From Burkholderiales bacterium (GTDB taxonomy: Bacteria > Pseudomonadota > Gammaproteobacteria > Burkholderiales > JAEUOS01), in NCBI GenBank assembly GCA_043775155.1, contig JAYVSR010000135.1, positions 1-38,022 of the forward strand: DNA of 38,022 nucleotides, given 5' to 3'. Position 1 is the first letter of the stretch; every line of letters begins with the position of its first letter. Positions 17,057 to 26,180 of this stretch are shown one piece after another. A program made the translations under genes and the position numbers. The notes under the pieces were generated by a model. That model worked only from the letters and a program-made list of their open reading frames with translations. It made no database searches and had not been told where the DNA came from.

Positions 17057-18793
17057 TCAGATAGCCGCGAGCGCGCGGCCGGTGAAATCGATCACCCGCG
17101 CCACTTCGTCAAGCGTGGTCGAGCCGTCGAGGACGCGGCGTACGCCGTCTTCCGCCAGCGGGATAAAGCCTTTGGTGTACGCCACGGCGAGAAACTCGCG
17201 CGTGGTGGCACGGCGCGCCACCATCTCATCGAGATCGGCATCCATTTTCAGGATTTCCATGATGGTCAGCCGGCCTTTGTATCCCTGATGCTCGCAGTGG
17301 TCGCAGCCGACCGCGCGGTAGATTACGGGCGGCTCGTCAGCCGGCGACCCCATAAAGCGGCATTCAATCGCGTCTGCCTCGTGCGCTTCGCGGCAGTGCT
17401 GGCAGACGCGGCGCACCAGCCGCTGCGCGATGATGCCAATGATGCTGCCGGACATGATGTCCGGCACGATGCCAATATCAAGCAAGCGCGGAATCGCTCC
17501 CACCGCCGAATTGGTGTGCAAGGTTGAATACACCTGATGGCCCGTCATGGCGGCGCGGAATGCCATCTCGGCGGTGTCGGCATCGCGGATCTCGCCGACC
17601 AAAATCACATCCGGGTCTTGCCGCATGAGTGAGCGAATGCCAGTGGCGAAGTCGAGCTTCACCGCGTCGCCGACCGAGGTTTGCCGCACCATGTTGAGCG
17701 GGTACTCCACCGGGTCTTCGAGGGTCATGATGTTAATGCCCTCTTGATTGATGTGCGACAAAATCGAGTACAGCGTGGTGGTTTTTCCGGAGCCGGTCGG
17801 GCCGGTGACCAGGATGATGCCCTCGGGCCGCGCGATCATGATTTTGAGCAGGTCAAGCTGGCCGTCTTGCAACCCGAGGCCATCGAGCGGCACCAGATTG
17901 CGCTGCCGGTCAAGGATGCGCAGCACAAAGTTTTCGCCGTGAATGGTGGGCTGGGCGGCAACGCGAAAATCGACCTGGCGCCCAGACAAGGTGAGCGAAA
18001 TATGGCCGTCCTGGGGGGCGCGCACTTCGGCAATATTCATCTCCGACATCACTTTGATCCGCACCACCATCGCCGGCCAATACTGCTTGTGCAGGGAGCG
18101 GATCTGCCGCAGAACGCCATCTACCCGATAGCGGATGCGCAAAAAATTTTGCTCCGGTTCGAAGTGGATGTCGGAAGCGCCGCGTTGTACTGCGTCCGCC
18201 AGCAGCGCATCGATCAAGCGTACTACCGGCTGGCTGTATGCGTCGGCGCTGCTGGCAATGCTCTGGTAATCGATTTCACCGGTTTCGATTTCGTGCAGGA
18301 TGCCGTCAATCGACAGCTCGTGGCCAAAATATTGATCAATCGCGCGAATCACTTCCGATTCGCTTGCGAGCAAGGACACAATGTCGAAGGCAACGCCGGT
18401 GCGCTGGATCAGCAGGGCGCGTAGCTGATCGAGCGCAACGACATTGGATGGATCAGCCAAGGCGACTGAAAAACGCCCGGCATCGCGCTTCATCTCCAAG
18501 GGGAACATGTTGTGACGTTTGGCAAAGTCGCGCGGCACCGCGCGAATCGCACCCGGATCAATGATGATGTGGGTCAGGTCGATGCCCTTGGTACCGAGGT
18601 TTTCCGACAGGGCATCGCGCAACGTCGCTTCAGTGACGAAGCCGAGCGCGATCAACTGTTTGCCGAGCGAAAGATTGCTGCGCGTTTGCTCCTTAAGGGC
18701 GATACGCAACTGATCTTCGGAGATCAGGCCACGCTCGATCAGGATGCGCCCGATCGGTTTGCGCGCTTGCGGTTTCGGCTCCGGCGCGTTCAT
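17057..18793 (-). CDS. Assembly ATPase (GspE/PilB/MshE family) with MshEN-like N-terminus
   Basis: ASDIHFEP, GPTGSGKTTTLY, TLEDPVEY, RQDPDVILVGEIRD, tetra-Cys (CQHC/CDHC). Confidence 0.96.
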   Translation of the reverse strand: MNAPEPKPQARKPIGRILIERGLISEDQLRIALKEQTRSNLSLGKQLIALGFVTEATLRDALSENLGTKGIDLTHIIIDPGAIRAVPRDFAKRHNMFPLEMKRDAGRFSVALADPSNVVALDQLRALLIQRTGVAFDIVSLLASESEVIRAIDQYFGHELSIDGILHEIETGEIDYQSIASSADAYSQPVVRLIDALLADAVQRGASDIHFEPEQNFLRIRYRVDGVLRQIRSLHKQYWPAMVVRIKVMSEMNIAEVRAPQDGHISLTLSGRQVDFRVAAQPTIHGENFVLRILDRQRNLVPLDGLGLQDGQLDLLKIMIARPEGIILVTGPTGSGKTTTLYSILSHINQEGINIMTLEDPVEYPLNMVRQTSVGDAVKLDFATGIRSLMRQDPDVILVGEIRDADTAEMAFRAAMTGHQVYSTLHTNSAVGAIPRLLDIGIVPDIMSGSIIGIIAQRLVRRVCQHCREAHEADAIECRFMGSPADEPPVIYRAVGCDHCEHQGYKGRLTIMEILKMDADLDEMVARRATTREFLAVAYTKGFIPLAEDGVRRVLDGSTTLDEVARVIDFTGRALAAI

Positions 18794-18827
18794 GCGGCGA
18801 TGATCCGGCGAGAGGAATCAGCGCGTG

Positions 18828-20279
18828 TCATTTTGCTGTGTCGCTCAGTTGGCCGAGCCGCGTCTGCGCGCGACTGGTGTCGAACCCGGCTGGGCGCGCA
18901 CGCGCCAGTTCCAGCGATTTGGCATAGAAGTCGCGCGCCAGGCGTGACTCATGGATCCGGTCCAGACTGACCGCGAGGTTGTAGCAATAGTCGGGGTTGT
19001 TTGGATCGGCACGATGGGCATTGAAGTAGGCCTGTTGCGCTTCGTTCCAGCGCCCTTGCGCTGCCAACTGATTGCCCTGAATGAAGGGCAGGGCGCCATT
19101 GCCGGCGTCGGTGCGATCGGATTCGCGTGCAATCAGGCTGTTGACTTGGCTCAGAGCGCCGACTGGGTCGGTACCCGACTGCAATGCCGCCAATTGCGCC
19201 GCTGCGTAGGCGTCTTGCGGGTGCAGCCGTAAGACGCGCCTGAACGTCGCTTCTGCCACGTCGTTGCGGTTCAAGCGCAACTGGATCGTCGCCAGTCCGA
19301 GCAGTGCGTCACGGCTGGCGGAGTCGGCCCGCAGTGCGCGCTCATAGGCCTGGGTCGCACCCTCCAGGTTACCGCGCTGCAATGCGGCGTAACCCTCGGC
19401 GATATCGGGATTAACGGTTGCCGACCCGGCTGAGCGGGTGATTTGCAAATTGGCCGGGGTGTCTACGGCGGTACCGCCGTCGGCGCGCGCGGCGTCACGT
19501 CTCATCTCCCGTGTGTCCCGCGCATCCGGCAGTTTAGGTGCATTTTCGCGACCGGGCGGTACAGCCTGAGGGTTGACGCGACCAGCGCCCGTGTCGCCGC
19601 TGGCGGCGCGCGGGGTACGCTCCAATGTTTCTTCTCCGGGCGAAGGTTCCTTGTCGGCGGCAGGATCAGCCTGCCCGGTTACCGGTGCGCTTGGCGATGC
19701 TACGGTTGATCCCGTGTGCTGCGCAGGGGCCTGCACCGCTGGGGGCAGGTTGCGCACAGCGAGTGCCGCACGAGACGGCGGCTGCATTTGCTGCCAAATA
19801 TAAACGGCGTAACCGGCACCGGCCAATAGACACGAACCAACCAGAACGAAAAACGGCTTGCGGGAATTTCCATCCGACAGCCCCTTGCCGACCGATGGTG
19901 TCTTCTTCGCATTAAATACGTTGCGTACCGACTGCGCCGCGTCTACTGAGGAAAGGACAGGCGTCGTGGAGCCGCGAGAGGCAGGCATAACATCTTCAGA
20001 CGAAGGTCTGTTCGGAACTGCCGCCTCGGGCTCCAACTCTAGACCTAAGCTGGAGATTGACTCCACAGCGGGGGCGGTGAACTGAACCGCCGCGTCTGGC
20101 TCGATCCTGGCCGAACGCGAACGACCGACCGGCGGCGGATCAAGTCCCAATTCCTTGACCATATCGCGCGTGCCGACGGAAGCGGCAGTGGGCGGAACGG
20201 CGGTTGACTGGGCAGCATCAAGCTCTCCCGCCGACTTCGCAGACTCCGCCTTCTTCAGAGCATTCATTAAAAGGCTCAT
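18828..20279 (-). CDS. TPR-containing membrane protein (MshN/GspB-like)
   Basis: MSLLMNALKKAE N-terminus, one TM, Pro/Ala linker, C-terminal TPRs (WNEAQQAYF...YNLAVSLD). Start moved to 20279. Confidence 0.82.
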   Translation of the reverse strand: MSLLMNALKKAESAKSAGELDAAQSTAVPPTAASVGTRDMVKELGLDPPPVGRSRSARIEPDAAVQFTAPAVESISSLGLELEPEAAVPNRPSSEDVMPASRGSTTPVLSSVDAAQSVRNVFNAKKTPSVGKGLSDGNSRKPFFVLVGSCLLAGAGYAVYIWQQMQPPSRAALAVRNLPPAVQAPAQHTGSTVASPSAPVTGQADPAADKEPSPGEETLERTPRAASGDTGAGRVNPQAVPPGRENAPKLPDARDTREMRRDAARADGGTAVDTPANLQITRSAGSATVNPDIAEGYAALQRGNLEGATQAYERALRADSASRDALLGLATIQLRLNRNDVAEATFRRVLRLHPQDAYAAAQLAALQSGTDPVGALSQVNSLIARESDRTDAGNGALPFIQGNQLAAQGRWNEAQQAYFNAHRADPNNPDYCYNLAVSLDRIHESRLARDFYAKSLELARARPAGFDTSRAQTRLGQLSDTAK

Positions 20280-20297
20280 GTCCGCGATCTCCACCGT

Positions 20298-22361
20298 TTA
20301 TTGTTGGCCGGCACCAGAAGAATTGCTCTGGGTGCGGGAGCCAAATTGGATCGGCGCGGGCTTGAGCGCATTGGGCTGATCAAAAAAATCATGTCCCGGT
20401 AAAAACTCGCGAAATTTCTGAAAATCGCCATCGAGTGAGGGATCCTTGATGACGATGGGACGCAAAAATATCACCAGTTCGGAACGAGTGGAGCGCTCGT
20501 TCCGGTACCGAAACAGTTCGCCGGCAACCGGAACGCGTCCCAATCCCGGCACCGCATCCTCGCCATTATTCAGATCGTCTTGCATCAGACCGCCCATTAC
20601 CGCAATCTGATTATTGTTGACTTTCAAAATCGACTCAATTTCGCGCGTTTGTATCTCCGGAACCAAGTTGGTTACGTTGGCCAGAGCGAGCTGCGGATTC
20701 GGGTCGTTGACAAAGCGAAGAATGCGCGAGATCGAAGGCCGGACGTTCATCGTGACTTGATCGGCATCGTCGATCTGCGGCGTGACAGCCATAACGAATC
20801 CGACCGGTACGGTATTGGGAGTTGTGTTGTACGCGACAGTCGGTGCCACGCCAGCGACGGTAGATGGCACGACGGTTGCCGTCACCGTAAAGTAGACCCG
20901 GTTATCGACTACTTTGAGTAACGCAGTCTGGTTGTTAAGCACCGACAATTTGGGACTGGACAATACCTTGACGTTGCCAAATGATTCGAGCAGCGAGAGC
21001 GCGGCGGCGATATTGCCGATGCTCGACCCAGGATTGATATACGAGACTTGGAGTAGTCCACGATTGGTGGCTCCTGGATTAGTCAGCCCTGGTGTCAGAA
21101 CATTAGGCGCGCCAAACCCGCCACCACCGGGTGCCGCTCCGCCTGGCAGCGCTCCCACCGCTCCGGTGCCCCCGGGTTGCTGGGTAATTGAAAAACCATC
21201 GTTGCCCAAGCGCAGGCGTTGCCAGTTGATACCTTGTTGATATTGGCCGGATAGTTGAACCTCTACCACGGTCGCCTCGATCAGCACTTGACGGCGAATG
21301 CGTGACACTAGGCTTTCGATGAACTGGCGGACGATTTTGTGTTGCTTGGAGGTGCCGTTAATCGTCAACGTACCACTCTCACGGCTCACCATCACGTTGG
21401 GGTAGGTTCTAGTGGCGACGGTTGCGTTGGCGGCCGAACCGCCAATCGCGGGACAAGGATTGGAATCATCTTCTCCCGCAGAGGCGGCGGTGGCATTGTT
21501 TGACTGCGCCTGACCCTGCGCCTGGTTCGCGCTGCTGAGGTTTGCGTTGCTCTGCGAGTTGGCGTTAAAGCCCTGTCCGCTGACGCCGGTTTGACTTTGC
21601 GACTGAGCGTTTCCTTGAGACTGAAAAGCTGCGGCGGCAGCACGCGATTGATTCAACCTGATCTCACGCGCTTGCCTGCGTTCAGTGCGGGCAGTTTCTC
21701 GCTCTTCACGCGTCAGTGTGTAAGTGAGGATGGAGCAAAGATTTTGCGCCAAAGAATCCCAAAACCGCTGGGACGACACCATGCGGATTTCGGTCGAGGA
21801 ATTATTGCTTCCCCCGCCGCCCTGCGCTGCACCTGATCGTCCAGAAGTGCTGATTTCCGAGGCAAGACTCAGACTTGTGACGGTGTCCCGGTTCAAATTG
21901 ACGTAGTCAATCTTGTACACCAATGGATAGGGGTCGTCCGGAAGGATGGCAATCAAGCCGTCATCAAATGTGTAGCGCAACGAAACTTGCTGAGAAATGC
22001 GCTCCAGCAACTGCGGCATGGTTTGACTGATCGCATTTAAGGTCACGCTACCCGAGATGGATGGGTGGATATCAACGTTTAATTTGGCGTCGCGCGCGAG
22101 GGCGAACAATAGCGATCTAACCGGAACCTCATTGACCACCACACTAAAGGTCTCGGGCTTTGCGGCTGCTTGTGGAGGCGGGGGCAGTGGTGCTGCGAAT
22201 ACTGGCGGTGGAATGTCGGCAACCGGGCGAGGCGGTGCATTCTCGCGGCTCACGTGCTGTGGCGACGGTTTCAACGGCAGCGGCGCGCAAGCAGCGGTGG
22301 CAAGCACGAGTGCGAGCACGCGTGCAAGCAACAGCACGGAGCCGACATCCTTCTGCGGCAT
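20298..22361 (-). CDS. mshL: Outer-membrane secretin, MshL-like lipoprotein
   Basis: Lipobox-like LATAAC, ETFSVVVNEVPVRSLLFALARDAKLNVD, QVLIEATVVEV, GNVKVLSSPKL, VPGLGRVP, SELVIFLRP. Start uncertain (22361-22448). Confidence 0.88.
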   Translation of the reverse strand: MPQKDVGSVLLLARVLALVLATAACAPLPLKPSPQHVSRENAPPRPVADIPPPVFAAPLPPPPQAAAKPETFSVVVNEVPVRSLLFALARDAKLNVDIHPSISGSVTLNAISQTMPQLLERISQQVSLRYTFDDGLIAILPDDPYPLVYKIDYVNLNRDTVTSLSLASEISTSGRSGAAQGGGGSNNSSTEIRMVSSQRFWDSLAQNLCSILTYTLTREERETARTERRQAREIRLNQSRAAAAAFQSQGNAQSQSQTGVSGQGFNANSQSNANLSSANQAQGQAQSNNATAASAGEDDSNPCPAIGGSAANATVATRTYPNVMVSRESGTLTINGTSKQHKIVRQFIESLVSRIRRQVLIEATVVEVQLSGQYQQGINWQRLRLGNDGFSITQQPGGTGAVGALPGGAAPGGGGFGAPNVLTPGLTNPGATNRGLLQVSYINPGSSIGNIAAALSLLESFGNVKVLSSPKLSVLNNQTALLKVVDNRVYFTVTATVVPSTVAGVAPTVAYNTTPNTVPVGFVMAVTPQIDDADQVTMNVRPSISRILRFVNDPNPQLALANVTNLVPEIQTREIESILKVNNNQIAVMGGLMQDDLNNGEDAVPGLGRVPVAGELFRYRNERSTRSELVIFLRPIVIKDPSLDGDFQKFREFLPGHDFFDQPNALKPAPIQFGSRTQSNSSGAGQQ

Positions 22362-22559
22362 GGCAGCGTTTCGCGAGCGAAAAAAAGGCGCGATCTGGCC
22401 GGTCATTCGTCGAGTCCGGGTTGTCATGAAGAGCAGGGAGAATAGCATAGCAAGCAGGCTGACTACTGCATTGCAGCGCAGGGGCGCAGGGCGAAGCGGC
22501 TCGTCCAGGATGGTTCAGCGCTGCATGGTTCGCGGTGTCACCGCGCGTGTCTAATGACG

Positions 22560-23879
22560 CTACTCAGGCAGTGGATTTGGCACTATTTCCGTAGCCGGGT
22601 CGCCAAACTCACTGGCCTGAAGTGCGCGGTGCGCCGCGCCGCGCCGCGCCACCGCCGATTCGACGGGAGGGGGTGTGGGGGCGGAGTTTGTGCGCACGGG
22701 GGCGGTCTTGGTAGCGCCGGTTTGAATCACGGTTGCCGCCGAGCCGGTGGCTGGCGTTGCCGATGCCGAGAAAGTTGGAACTGGCAGCGCAATCATGCGC
22801 TCAGTACCGGTTAGCTGGGGCGAGACGCGTGCGAGCGCTGCTGGGGGGGTGGGCACTACGGGCGCGACCGGTGTGGGTGCCGATGTCGGCGGCGCTACAA
22901 CGGTAGGGACAGGAGTTGATGCCGATTCGACCGGTGCAGTAGGCCGATTCATGTTCGCGCCGGCAAACATGCCGCCCCCAATCAACAGCGCCGCCGCCGC
23001 ACCGCCGCCGGCCCAGTAGCCTGCGCGGGTCCAGCCGCCGGTGCCAGCGCCAAACGCATGGCGTTTTTGCAGCGGCGCAAACTCGGAATCGTTGATCGCC
23101 GCCAATGCGTGTTTGCGGGTGATGCCGTGCTCACCTTCCATGTAGGCGGATAGCAGCGCCTTGTCGGCGAGGATGTTGACGCGGCGGGTTAATCCTTCGG
23201 AAGTTTGCGCGATCAATTTGAGTGCATCGCGGTCAAACAGGTCTGGCCCTTTGTAGCCGGCCTGACGCAATCGAAACATCAAATATTGGCCGACATCCGC
23301 ATGCACCAACGGTTCCAGCCGAAAGCTATGGGTTACGCGCTCACGTAATGGGCGCATTCGCGGAGTGAGTAAGTGTTCATCGAGCTCCTGCTGGCCAAAC
23401 AGCGCAATTTGCAACAGCTTGTGCCGGTTCGACTCCAGATTCGAGAGCAGGCGAATCTCTTCGAGCGTTTCGGCGGGCATCGCGTGGGCTTCGTCGATCA
23501 ACAGGACGACGCGTTTGCCAGCGGCGTAGAGATCGATCAAGTGCTCTTGCAAGGCGCGCAGCAACTGGTGCGGTCGTTGCTCGGCAGCCGGCAACTTGAG
23601 GTCATCGAGAATCGCCAAGACTATTTCGTCCCGCGCGAGCGATGGATTGGCCAGATAGACGGTTTCCACCTCGGCCGGCAAGCGCTCGATCAACACGCGG
23701 CAGAGCATGGTTTTGCCCGAGCCGACTTCGCCGGTAACTTTGACGATGCCTTCGTCGTGGGTGATGGCGTAGAGCAGCGCTTCGAGCGTCGCACCGCGAT
23801 TCGCGCCGGCAAAAAAGAAGTCGGTGTGCGGGGTGATCCGGTAGGGGGCTTCGTTCAAGCCGAAATGGGAGAGGTACAT
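22560..23879 (-). CDS. ExeA/GspA/MshM-family AAA ATPase
   Basis: MYLSHFGLNEAPY, GEVGSGKTMLCR, LLIDEAH, LFGQQEL, GLTRRVNILADKALL; TM plus Pro-rich tail. Confidence 0.92.
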   Translation of the reverse strand: MYLSHFGLNEAPYRITPHTDFFFAGANRGATLEALLYAITHDEGIVKVTGEVGSGKTMLCRVLIERLPAEVETVYLANPSLARDEIVLAILDDLKLPAAEQRPHQLLRALQEHLIDLYAAGKRVVLLIDEAHAMPAETLEEIRLLSNLESNRHKLLQIALFGQQELDEHLLTPRMRPLRERVTHSFRLEPLVHADVGQYLMFRLRQAGYKGPDLFDRDALKLIAQTSEGLTRRVNILADKALLSAYMEGEHGITRKHALAAINDSEFAPLQKRHAFGAGTGGWTRAGYWAGGGAAAALLIGGGMFAGANMNRPTAPVESASTPVPTVVAPPTSAPTPVAPVVPTPPAALARVSPQLTGTERMIALPVPTFSASATPATGSAATVIQTGATKTAPVRTNSAPTPPPVESAVARRGAAHRALQASEFGDPATEIVPNPLPE

Positions 23880-23899
23880 GGCGCTGTGGTTCTACTTTC

Positions 23900-25339
23900 C
23901 TACCCTTGTTTTTCCAGCACACTCATGCGTGAGTACAGGGTGGTGCGGTTGACGCCGAGCATGCGCGCCGCCTGGCTGACGTTGCCGTGGCTTAGTTGCA
24001 TGGCGGCGGCAACATAGGCGCGCTCCCACGCCATCAGCCTGTCGTCGAGATTGAACGGGCCGCGCCGGGTGAGTTCGCGCAGCGCATTTTCGTCCAGCGA
24101 ATCTTCGTCACGCGCGTCGCTGCCGGCGGCGGTGGCGCCAGGGTCGAATTCGAGTTCGAGTTGACGCGCATCAACCAGGCGCCCGGCGTGCTTCGTGACA
24201 AGACGGATGACGACATTGCGCAGTTCGCGCACGTTGCCAAAAAAAGGATAGTCAAGCCACGAGCGTTCGGCTGCCGCATCGAGCGTGAACGGCACCACCC
24301 CAGCAGAACTGGTGTACAAATTGCGGAAGTGGGTCAGCAGTAACAGCCGGTCACTGCCTAGTTCGCGCAGGGACGGCACGTGCATGGTGAACACCGACAG
24401 ACGGTGGTACAGGTCGGTGCGGAACGCGCCGTTCTTGCACTCCGCTCGCAGATCGCGGTTGGTCGCGGCAACAATCCGCGCCTGCGATTTGCGCACCTGA
24501 GTTTCGCCAACCCGGTTGTACTCGCCGTTCTCCAGCACGCGCAACAGCTTCGATTGCAAGTCCAGCGGCAGCTCGCCGATTTCGTCAAGAAACAGGGTGC
24601 CGTCACCGGCGTCTTCAAAATACCCTGCTTTGGCAGTTTGCGCGCCGGTAAATGCGCCTTTGGCGTAGCCGAACAACGTCGGCTCCATCAACGATGGAGA
24701 AATCGCAGCACAGTTGAGAGCAAAGTACGGCTTGGCGCGGCGCAAGCCTTTGGCATGCAAGCTGGATGCTGCCACCTCTTTGCCGCTGCCTGACTCCCCT
24801 TCGATCAGCACCGGAAACGGCGAGTCGGCATACAGCGTGATCTGCGTTTTGAGCGCCTGCATTGGCTCGGAGCTGCCGATCAAGGCATCGAGCGGATCGA
24901 AACGCGGACTGGTCGCCTGCCACGCAATGTTGCCGCTTTCAGCCTGGCTGGCGCGGAGGGCGTCGAGCAGGATCAGTTTCAGGCGCGCCGGGTGGGCGGG
25001 CTTGGATACAAATTCAGTCGCGCCGAGCGCGCGGGCATGGCGCCCGGCGGCATCTTCCGACTGCCCCGACAAGACGATGATTTTGGTCGCGGGCGCATGC
25101 GCCAGCAGGGCGCTAATCAGCAGGTAGCCTTCGTCGGGGGCATGCTGCGCGGGGGGCAACCCAAGATCGATCAGCGCCAGGGGCGGCGGCTCGGGCAGCG
25201 CACGCACGCGGTCGATGGCGTCGATCCGCGTGCCAGCCGATACGATGTCAAAGTCGCGACCGAGCACGATCGATAGCGTATCGACAATCAACTGATCATC
25301 GTCGACCAGTAACAACCGCGGCAGTATTGGAGTAGGCAT
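23900..25339 (-). CDS. Sigma54-dependent response regulator (REC-AAA-Fis HTH), PrsR-like receiver
   Basis: LLLVDDD, IDLGLPP (phospho-Asp), [11 protein letters not shown], intact [38 protein letters not shown]. Confidence 0.94.
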   Translation of the reverse strand: MPTPILPRLLLVDDDQLIVDTLSIVLGRDFDIVSAGTRIDAIDRVRALPEPPPLALIDLGLPPAQHAPDEGYLLISALLAHAPATKIIVLSGQSEDAAGRHARALGATEFVSKPAHPARLKLILLDALRASQAESGNIAWQATSPRFDPLDALIGSSEPMQALKTQITLYADSPFPVLIEGESGSGKEVAASSLHAKGLRRAKPYFALNCAAISPSLMEPTLFGYAKGAFTGAQTAKAGYFEDAGDGTLFLDEIGELPLDLQSKLLRVLENGEYNRVGETQVRKSQARIVAATNRDLRAECKNGAFRTDLYHRLSVFTMHVPSLRELGSDRLLLLTHFRNLYTSSAGVVPFTLDAAAERSWLDYPFFGNVRELRNVVIRLVTKHAGRLVDARQLELEFDPGATAAGSDARDEDSLDENALRELTRRGPFNLDDRLMAWERAYVAAAMQLSHGNVSQAARMLGVNRTTLYSRMSVLEKQG

Positions 25340-25351
25340 GCGCTTATTTTC

Positions 25352-26092
25352 TCAGTGGCTCTCAATCACCTGCAGGAACGCCCGCTCCAGCGTCGGCGCG
25401 CCAGTCTCGTCGATCAAATCGCGCGGCGCCCCTAGAAATGCAATCCGGCCCGCGTGCAGGATCGCGATGCGATCACAAATTTCTTCGACGTCGGCCAAGG
25501 CATGCGAGGTGAAAAACAGCGCCCCGCCCTGGTCGCGCAAGGCGAACAAGCGGTCTTTGACGCGGGCGCGGGCTTTCGGGTCGAGGCCGCTCATTGGCTC
25601 GTCGAGAATCATTAGGTCGCGCCGCGCCAGAAACGCTGCCGCCAGACCAAGCTTTTGTGTCATCCCCTTGGAGAAGGCGCGCACCGGACGGGTGAGGGCA
25701 GATGGGTCGAGGTCGAGGTGATCAAACATGGCCAAAGCTTCCGCCTCGTCGTGGGCGTGGCCATGCAGCGACGCCATCATGTTGAGAAAGCCCCGGCCAG
25801 ACAGGTAATGCGGCGGGATGAAGCGCTCGGGCAGATAAGCCAAGCGGCGGCGCGCTTCAAAGCGCGCGCTCGACTCACCAAAAATTGAAATTTGACCAGA
25901 GGAGAAATCGGCCAAATCGAGCAGACACTTGATCAGCGACGTCTTGCCCGCGCCATTGACGCCAGCCAAGCCGAAGAACTCGCCGGGCCGGACCTCAAAA
26001 CTGATTTGATCGAGCACCAGCGGCCCGCCGCCGTAGCGCTTGGTGACGGCGGCGAACTGGAGGGCGGGAGTGACGGGGACGGGCGCTGGCAT
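25352..26092 (-). CDS. ABC transporter ATP-binding protein (PilH-like)
   Basis: GVNGAGKTS, YLPE, FSKGMTQKLGLA, LDEPMSGLDP; first gene of the pilus operon. Start moved to ATG 26092. Confidence 0.92.
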   Translation of the reverse strand: MPAPVPVTPALQFAAVTKRYGGGPLVLDQISFEVRPGEFFGLAGVNGAGKTSLIKCLLDLADFSSGQISIFGESSARFEARRRLAYLPERFIPPHYLSGRGFLNMMASLHGHAHDEAEALAMFDHLDLDPSALTRPVRAFSKGMTQKLGLAAAFLARRDLMILDEPMSGLDPKARARVKDRLFALRDQGGALFFTSHALADVEEICDRIAILHAGRIAFLGAPRDLIDETGAPTLERAFLQVIESH

Positions 26093-26101
26093 GGAGCGCG
26101 G

Positions 26102-26131
26102 ACTATAACCGATGCCCTGTGCTGTTAAAAT
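26102..26131. promoter_or_regulatory. Back-to-back -10 elements of the divergent pilus and mla operons
   Basis: Minus strand TATAGT (26107-26102), 9 nt before ATG 26092; plus strand TGtTAAAAT (26123-26131). Confidence 0.45.
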
Positions 26132-26180
26132 TAGCTGCTCTGCCGATGATTTTTCCGGACGTATTTTTCGATTGATCTCT

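Noticed and set aside
22449-22475. Possible sigma54 promoter for the secretin (TAGTCAGCCTGCTTGCT)
   Set aside because: Has GT instead of the invariant GG at -24.
6233-26092. Cluster as an active mobile element
   Set aside because: No integrase, transposase, tRNA or boundary direct repeats seen.
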